A stretch of 64,000 nt of DNA from Betaproteobacteria bacterium (GTDB lineage: Bacteria > Pseudomonadota > Gammaproteobacteria > Burkholderiales > SG8-39): positions 5,117-69,116 of the forward strand of contig JACQTO010000080.1 of the NCBI GenBank assembly GCA_016210745.1, read 5' to 3'. Both the position numbers and the translations under genes were made by a program. The first letter of the stretch is position 1. The number at the start of each line of letters is the position of its first letter. The notes under the pieces were generated by a model. It was not told the DNA's origin, made no database searches, and was given only the letters and a program-made list of their open reading frames with translations. Positions 58,280 to 64,000 of the stretch are shown here, one piece after another.

Positions 58280-59272
58280 TCAACGCTGCGGGTTGTATTG
58301 CACCACGTGCTGCTCGATGGCGCCGAACAAGGGTTGGCCCTCCGGGTCGGTCATCTCGATGCGGATGCGGTCACCGAACTTGAGGTACGGCGTCTTCGCC
58401 TCGCCGGAGTCGATCGTCTCGAGCGCGCGCTTTTCGGCGAGGCAGGCGCAGCCGGTGCGGCGCATCTTGTTCGAAACGGTGCCCGAGCCGATGATGCTGC
58501 CGGCGGAAAGCCCCCGCGTTCTCGCGGCGTGGGCGATCAGTTTGGCAAAGCCGAAGGTCATGTCTGTGCCGGCATCAGGATTTCCAAGCAATTCGCCGTT
58601 GACGTGCACGACCAGCGGCAGATGCAGTTTGCCGCCGCGCCATGCGGCCCCGAGTTCGTCGGGTGTGAGCGCGACCGGCGTGAACGCCGACGCGGGCTTG
58701 CTCTGGAAGAAGCCGAATCCGCCGGCCATCTCCGCAGCGATAAGGCTGCGCAGCGACACGTCGTTGGCGAGCATCAGCAGTCGGACGTATTCGAGCGCGT
58801 TTTCGCGCTTTACGCCCATGGGCACATCGCCGGTGACCACCGCGACCTCGCCTTCGAGGTCGATTCCCCAGTCCTCGTTTTCCACCGCGATATCGTCGCG
58901 CGGCCCGAGGAAGGCGTCCGAGCCGCCCTGGTACATCAGCGGAACGGCGGCGGCATCCTTCGGTATTTCGGCGCCGCGTGCCTTGCGCACCAATTCCATA
59001 TGGTTGGTGTAGGCCGAGCCGTCGGCCCACTGGAAGGCGCGCGGCAGCGGCGAGGCGAATTTCGTGAAGTCGGTTTCGAATGCGCGCGACGAGGGCTGGC
59101 GGTTCAGTTCCTCATAGAGGCGCTGCAGCTGGGGAGCGATGTAGTCCCAGTCGTCGAGCGCCGCTTGCAGCGTGGGTGCGATGTGATCGGCCGGTAGGCC
59201 GAGCTTCAGGTCGCGCGAGACGACCACCAGAACACCATCGCGCGTGCCGTCGCGCAGCGTGCCGAGTTTCAT
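58280..59272 (-). CDS. Fumarylacetoacetate hydrolase family protein
   Basis: The 'DWGIDLEGEVAVV' and 'ANDVSLR' regions and the C-terminal 'GSGTVSN' are typical of the FAH family. Confidence 0.8.
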   Translation of the reverse strand: MKLGTLRDGTRDGVLVVVSRDLKLGLPADHIAPTLQAALDDWDYIAPQLQRLYEELNRQPSSRAFETDFTKFASPLPRAFQWADGSAYTNHMELVRKARGAEIPKDAAAVPLMYQGGSDAFLGPRDDIAVENEDWGIDLEGEVAVVTGDVPMGVKRENALEYVRLLMLANDVSLRSLIAAEMAGGFGFFQSKPASAFTPVALTPDELGAAWRGGKLHLPLVVHVNGELLGNPDAGTDMTFGFAKLIAHAARTRGLSAGSIIGSGTVSNKMRRTGCACLAEKRALETIDSGEAKTPYLKFGDRIRIEMTDPEGQPLFGAIEQHVVQYNPQR

Positions 59273-59513
59273 GCGGTTGTCCGCGTAGTGACAAGACGCG
59301 CAATTCTATCCCATCGCAGCGGACCCCCACCGCATGCGGGTCATCTGCGCCGGGGATTCACGAGCGGTTTTCAGGGACGGATGGCTGCACCTAGGAAGGC
59401 GCGATGTTGATCGCGCGGGAGCGGTCGATGGGAAGCGATCACGACGGCTGGAAAACACGGCGGGCGCAGCAGTCCCGCCGAAGTGCAGGGTCGAACGAGG
59501 CGAGTCCGGGGTG

Positions 59514-59969
59514 TCAGCCGGCGTTCTTTCGATTGGCACAGTCGGCCTTGAGGCAGTCGCCGTAGAGGGTCAGCGCGTGTCCCTGGAGGTCGAAACCGCG
59601 ATCCTTTGCCAGCTTGCCCTGGCGTTTTTCTATCTCGGAGTCGTGGAATTCGAGGACCTGCCCGCACTGCAGGCAGATAAGGTGGTCGTGGTGCCTGCCC
59701 TCATTGAGTTCGAACACCGCCTTGCCGGTTTCGAAGTTGTGGCGGGTGAGGAGCCCGGCCTGCTCGAACTGGGTCAGAACGCGGTAGACAGTCGCCAAGC
59801 CGATATCGATTTGCTCGTTGATCAGCTGGCGATGCACGTCGTCGGCGGTCATGTGGTGAAGGCCAGACCCGGTCTGCGCCTTATGGAAAAGCTCGAGGAT
59901 CTTCAGCCTCGGCAGCGTTGCTTTGAGACCGATGCTCTTCAGATTTTCGGAGTTGGAGTGGCTGGGCAT
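59514..59969 (-). CDS. fur: Ferric uptake regulator
   Basis: 'LK..GLK.T.PRLKIL', 'TVYRVL.QFE.AGL', 'HHDHL.C..CG' and a second Cys pair. Confidence 0.95.
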   Translation of the reverse strand: MPSHSNSENLKSIGLKATLPRLKILELFHKAQTGSGLHHMTADDVHRQLINEQIDIGLATVYRVLTQFEQAGLLTRHNFETGKAVFELNEGRHHDHLICLQCGQVLEFHDSEIEKRQGKLAKDRGFDLQGHALTLYGDCLKADCANRKNAG

Positions 59970-60050
59970 AGGCAGACGGGCCGGGCAATGTGCGTATGAT
60001 ACCGAGATTTTGTAGTCGCGCGTACAGCGATCGCTGGTGCGCCTTACGGA

Positions 60051-60728
60051 TCAGCGGGGATGTGCAAAGCCGGGCCGCAGGGCGAGCACACGCTTCTTGA
60101 GTTCCAGCAGGTACTCGTCGCGTACCCCGTGGGCGAGCAAGCCGTGGATGGTTTCGAAGAGGTATTCCACGGGCGTGCCAAGGTAGCCGCTCGCGCTCAG
60201 CATGGTCTTCAGCACTGCTTCGGTCGGCAGGCGCCCGGCGTAGGCCGGGTGGGTGCGGTTCACGATGAAGGCAAGGGCTCGCACGGGGCGCTCGCCCACG
60301 GTCACTTTGATCCAGCGCGGGCAGTACGAGCCGAGTACCATCTCGCGCCGCCACAGCAGTCGAAGCTCGTCTGCCGCGTGCGCTGCGTCTATGCGAAAGG
60401 CGATGCCGCGGCAGCCGCCGCCGACATCGAGCCCGAGTACGAGGCCCGGATGCGCAAGGGAACCGCGGCCGATGTGCGACCACAGACAGAAGCGGCGGTG
60501 AAATCCATGCAACCGGGCGACATGCCGCTCGCGAAAATGGATGATCGGGTTCCAGATGAGCGAGCCGTAACCGAACAGCCAGACATCCTCGGCGTCCGGG
60601 TGCGTCGCGAGCAGCTTCTGCAGCGAGCCCTCAAGCTCCTCATCGCTCAATACCCGCACGTGAGGATTGGTCTTGGTGAAGAGCTTTCGCAGGCGGTCGC
60701 TCTCGAGGTCGGCGCGGGTGAGCGTCAT
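60051..60728 (-). CDS. chaC: Gamma-glutamylcyclotransferase, ChaC family
   Basis: 'VWLFGYGSLIWNP' and 'PGLVLGLD.GG.C.G.AFR'. Confidence 0.85.
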   Translation of the reverse strand: MTLTRADLESDRLRKLFTKTNPHVRVLSDEELEGSLQKLLATHPDAEDVWLFGYGSLIWNPIIHFRERHVARLHGFHRRFCLWSHIGRGSLAHPGLVLGLDVGGGCRGIAFRIDAAHAADELRLLWRREMVLGSYCPRWIKVTVGERPVRALAFIVNRTHPAYAGRLPTEAVLKTMLSASGYLGTPVEYLFETIHGLLAHGVRDEYLLELKKRVLALRPGFAHPR

Positions 60729-60755
60729 GGTCGGGTATTCATGCGGATCGGGTGG

Positions 60756-63700
60756 TCAGGCGGGTTTCACCTCCTCCATCTGACCGCGCAGGATGCCCAG
60801 CAGTTTCGCCTCCTTCTCCTTGGCCTTCTTCAGGTGGCGCAATTTGACGTGGCCGAAGCCACGGATTTCTTCGGGGATCGCGGCAATCTCGACTGCAAGC
60901 TTGAGGTTGTCCCGCGTCAGCCGCGCGAGCAGTTCCTGAACGGCTGCTTCATAGTCGGCGATGAGTTGCCGCTCGGTTCTGCGCTCCTCGGTGCGGCCGA
61001 ATATGTCGAATGCGGTCCCGCGCAACCGCTTGAGTTTGGCCAGGATGGCTAGGGCGCTCATCAGCCATGGCCCGAATTCGCTTTTTCCTGCCTCCCCGGT
61101 GGCCGGATCGGGCTTGTTGAGAATCGGCGGCGCCAGGTGGAACTTCACTTTGTAATCGCCTTCGAACATGCCGGCGATCTTCCGCGCGAATGCGGGGTCG
61201 GAATGCAGTCGTGCCACCTCGTACTCGTCCTTGTATGCCATGAGCTTGAAGTAATAACGCGCGACGGCCTCAGTCAGTAGCAGTTTCGCGCCCGTCCCGC
61301 CGATTCTCTCGGCCTCGACTCCGCGCACGCGCTCGACCAAGTCGCGGTAGCGCCGCGCGTAGGCAGCGTCCTGATAACCGGTCAGAAACTCGGCACGCCG
61401 GGCGATGATTTCGTCCAGATTACGCGAGAGCGCCTGCCCGGGCGGAATCAGCGGTGCGACTTCGGCTGGCTCCGCCATGCGTTCCACCAGCGTGGCATCG
61501 AAAGCGGCGCGCCGGCCCCAGAGAAAGCTCGCGCGGTTGAATTCGACCGCCACGCCGTTCAGCTCGATCGCCTTTAGGATCGAATTCTCCGCCAGCGGCA
61601 CCCAGCCCTTCTGCCAGGCGAACCCCAGCATGTACATGTTGGCTGCAATCGAGTCGCCCATGAGCGCGGTGGCGAGGCGCCCGGCATCGGTCGATTCTGT
61701 TGCCCGTGCCGCCCCGCGGATCTCCTCGATCAGAGCATTGCCCGGAAGGCGCCAGTCCGGATTGCGCACGAACTCGGCGGTGGGGACCATGCTTGAATTG
61801 ACGGCCACGCGCGTGCGCTCCGGCGCTATGCGCGAGAGTGCCTCGCCGCTCACGGTAACGACGAGATCGCAGCCGAGCACCAAGTCCGCAGCGCCTGCAC
61901 CCAGGCGCGTGGAATGCAATTCCTCGGGACGACTCGCGATCTTCACGTGCGACATCACCGGACCGCCTTTTTGCGCCAGGCCCGACATGTCGAGCACCGA
62001 CACGCCCTTTGCCTCCAGGTGTCCGGCCATTGCGAGGATCTGGCCGATGGTGATGACGCCGGTGCCTCCGATTCCGGTCACCAGCACCCCGAATGGGCGC
62101 TCGATCACGGGCCGACGCGGCTCGGGAAGCGAAGGAAAGTGCTCGCCGGATGCTCGGGCCATTCCTGCGCTCCGCGCCGTGCCCTTTTTCAGGACGCCGC
62201 CCTCAACCGTGACAAAGCTCGGGCAAAAGCCCTTCACGCACGAATAATCCTTGTTGCAGGTCGATTGGTTGATGCGCCGCTTGCGGCCGAACTCGGTCTC
62301 CAGCGGCTCGACCGACAGACAATTCGATTGGTCGCTGCAGTCGCCGCAGCCCTCGCAGACCAGCTCGTTGATCACCACGCGCTTGGCCGGATCGGGAAAC
62401 TCGCCGCGCTTGCGCCGCCGGCGTTTTTCCGAGGCGCAGGTCTGGACGTAGATGATCGCCGACACACCTTTGGCTTGGCGCAGCTCCTTCTGCACGGCAT
62501 CCATCTCATCGCGATTGCGGAAGCTCACGCCGGGGGCCCAGTGGAGGGACTTCGGAAGTTCTTCCTTTTCGTCGGTGACCACCACGATCGGCGCCACGCC
62601 CTCGGCGGCGATCTGGCGCGAAATCATGCCCGGATCCAGCGGACCGTCGACTTGCTGGCCGCCGGTCATGGCAACGGCGTCGTTGTACAGGATCTTGTAG
62701 GTCATGCTGACCCCGGCGGCGCAGGCGGCGCGTATGGCCATCAGCCCGGAGTGGTAATAGGTGCCGTCACCGATATTGGCGAACACGTGGCTGGTGGTGG
62801 TGAACGGCGCCTGCCCGATCCATGGGGCGCCTTCGCCACCCATATGCGTGAACGTCGTGGTATTGCGGTCCATCCAAAGCGCCATGAAGTGGCAGCCGAT
62901 GCCGGCCATGGCGCGGCTGCCCTCGGGCACGCGAGTCGAGGTATTGTGCGGGCAGCCGGAGCAGTAGTAGGGGAGGCGCTGTGCGCCGATGCGAGGCTTG
63001 GCCAGCGCTTTTTCCTTGAAATCGAGGAATGCGAGGCGCTGCCTGTAGCGTTCGCCGAGCGCGCGATCCATTCCGAGTTTGGCGAATCGACTCGCCAGAG
63101 CCTTTGCGATAATCTCCGGCGAAAGCTCGTAGTGTGCAGGCAGAAGCCAGGTGCCGGCCGGCTGGCCTTCTGCCCGGCTCCATTCGCCGTTGTCGTCGAA
63201 CTTTCCGACTACCCGCGGGACACGCACCTCCGGATGCCAGTTGTACAGTTCTTCCTTGAGCTGATATTCGATGAGCTGGCGCTTCTCCTCGACCACCAGG
63301 ATTTCTTCGAGTCCCTCTGCAAAGCGACGCGCGCCTTGCGGCTCCAGCGGCCAAGGCATAGCGACCTTGTACAGGCGCAAGCCGATGTCGCGCGCCACGC
63401 GCTCATCGATGCCGAGATCGTCGAGCGCCTGCATTGTGTCCCCGAAGGACTTGCCGGTGGTGATGATCCCCAAACGCGATGGCCTGGAACCCGCAGGCGA
63501 ATCCCAGATCATCCGGTCGAGGCGGTTGGCGCGGGTATAGGCGAGCGCGGCGTAGACCTTGTAGTCGAGCAGCCTCGCCTCCTGCTCGAGAATTCCATCA
63601 GGCCAGCGGATGTTGAGTCCACCGGCCGGAAGCGCGAAATCCAGGGGAATCGCGACCTGGACACGCTGGGGGTTGATGTCGACCGACATGCCGGACTCGA

Positions 63701-64000
63701 TTACGTCGGTCACACACTTGAAGCCGATCCAACAGCCTGAAAAGCGGGACATGGCAAAGCCGTGCAGGCCGTAATCCAGGTATTCCTGCACGTTTGCCGG
63801 ATGCAGCACCGGGATGCAGCAGGCCTTGAGAATGTGCTCGCTCTGGTGCGCGAGCGTTGATGACTTTGCCGCGTGATCGTCCCCGGCGAGCACCAGCACG
63901 CCGCCGTGCTTCCAAGTGCCGGCGGCATTGGCATGTTTCAATACGTCGCCGCAACGGTCTACCCCGGGCCCCTTGCCGTACCACATCGCAAATACACCGT
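60756..64000 (-). CDS. Indolepyruvate:ferredoxin oxidoreductase family protein (fused alpha/beta, ~1150 aa type); N-terminus outside the window
   Basis: TPP-binding 'GDGTYYHSG', the ferredoxin-type 'CEGCGDC', and 'GIGGTGV' in the beta part. The frame is open to the window edge. Confidence 0.9.
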   Translation of the reverse strand, partial: GVFAMWYGKGPGVDRCGDVLKHANAAGTWKHGGVLVLAGDDHAAKSSTLAHQSEHILKACCIPVLHPANVQEYLDYGLHGFAMSRFSGCWIGFKCVTDVIESGMSVDINPQRVQVAIPLDFALPAGGLNIRWPDGILEQEARLLDYKVYAALAYTRANRLDRMIWDSPAGSRPSRLGIITTGKSFGDTMQALDDLGIDERVARDIGLRLYKVAMPWPLEPQGARRFAEGLEEILVVEEKRQLIEYQLKEELYNWHPEVRVPRVVGKFDDNGEWSRAEGQPAGTWLLPAHYELSPEIIAKALASRFAKLGMDRALGERYRQRLAFLDFKEKALAKPRIGAQRLPYYCSGCPHNTSTRVPEGSRAMAGIGCHFMALWMDRNTTTFTHMGGEGAPWIGQAPFTTTSHVFANIGDGTYYHSGLMAIRAACAAGVSMTYKILYNDAVAMTGGQQVDGPLDPGMISRQIAAEGVAPIVVVTDEKEELPKSLHWAPGVSFRNRDEMDAVQKELRQAKGVSAIIYVQTCASEKRRRRKRGEFPDPAKRVVINELVCEGCGDCSDQSNCLSVEPLETEFGRKRRINQSTCNKDYSCVKGFCPSFVTVEGGVLKKGTARSAGMARASGEHFPSLPEPRRPVIERPFGVLVTGIGGTGVITIGQILAMAGHLEAKGVSVLDMSGLAQKGGPVMSHVKIASRPEELHSTRLGAGAADLVLGCDLVVTVSGEALSRIAPERTRVAVNSSMVPTAEFVRNPDWRLPGNALIEEIRGAARATESTDAGRLATALMGDSIAANMYMLGFAWQKGWVPLAENSILKAIELNGVAVEFNRASFLWGRRAAFDATLVERMAEPAEVAPLIPPGQALSRNLDEIIARRAEFLTGYQDAAYARRYRDLVERVRGVEAERIGGTGAKLLLTEAVARYYFKLMAYKDEYEVARLHSDPAFARKIAGMFEGDYKVKFHLAPPILNKPDPATGEAGKSEFGPWLMSALAILAKLKRLRGTAFDIFGRTEERRTERQLIADYEAAVQELLARLTRDNLKLAVEIAAIPEEIRGFGHVKLRHLKKAKEKEAKLLGILRGQMEEVKPA

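Overview
High-GC (~64%) chromosomal segment that looks betaproteobacterial. The evidence is two Bug/TctC-type periplasmic receptors, a GlnS with the 'RRWGGRPG' N-terminal insertion, and several REP-like palindrome families. I support about 55 protein genes, mostly housekeeping or metabolic. They include a UbiD fragment, vapBC, an ABC-F ATPase, rhlE, hslR, glnS, fur, chaC, fadD, an enoyl-CoA hydratase, several MFS and ABC transporters, two paralogous GMC oxidoreductases, two tungsten-type aldehyde:ferredoxin oxidoreductases (AOR), an indolepyruvate:ferredoxin oxidoreductase-family gene, two MoaD/ThiS-like 'GG' proteins, and sulfur-handling genes (a rhodanese and a persulfide dioxygenase-rhodanese fusion). 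I found no rRNA, tRNA, CRISPR array, transposase, integrase or recognisable defence system, and I cannot point to a clear new multi-gene system. Five observations seem most worth follow-up. (1) A ~2000-codon tandem UvrA-UvrA fusion carries REP-derived insertions, one of which introduces a single in-frame TGA. (2) A five-copy dispersed ~155-nt element has a long central hairpin that covaries between copies. (3) A BNR beta-propeller gene is translationally coupled to a MoaD-like gene. (4) A MoaD-like gene, an AOR and an HD-GYP response regulator form a cluster. (5) An orphan [2Fe-2S] small subunit carries a tandem-repeat basic tail. The many long ORFs antisense to real genes are high-GC shadow ORFs. 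Functional calls come from motif and family recognition by eye, and no searches were run.
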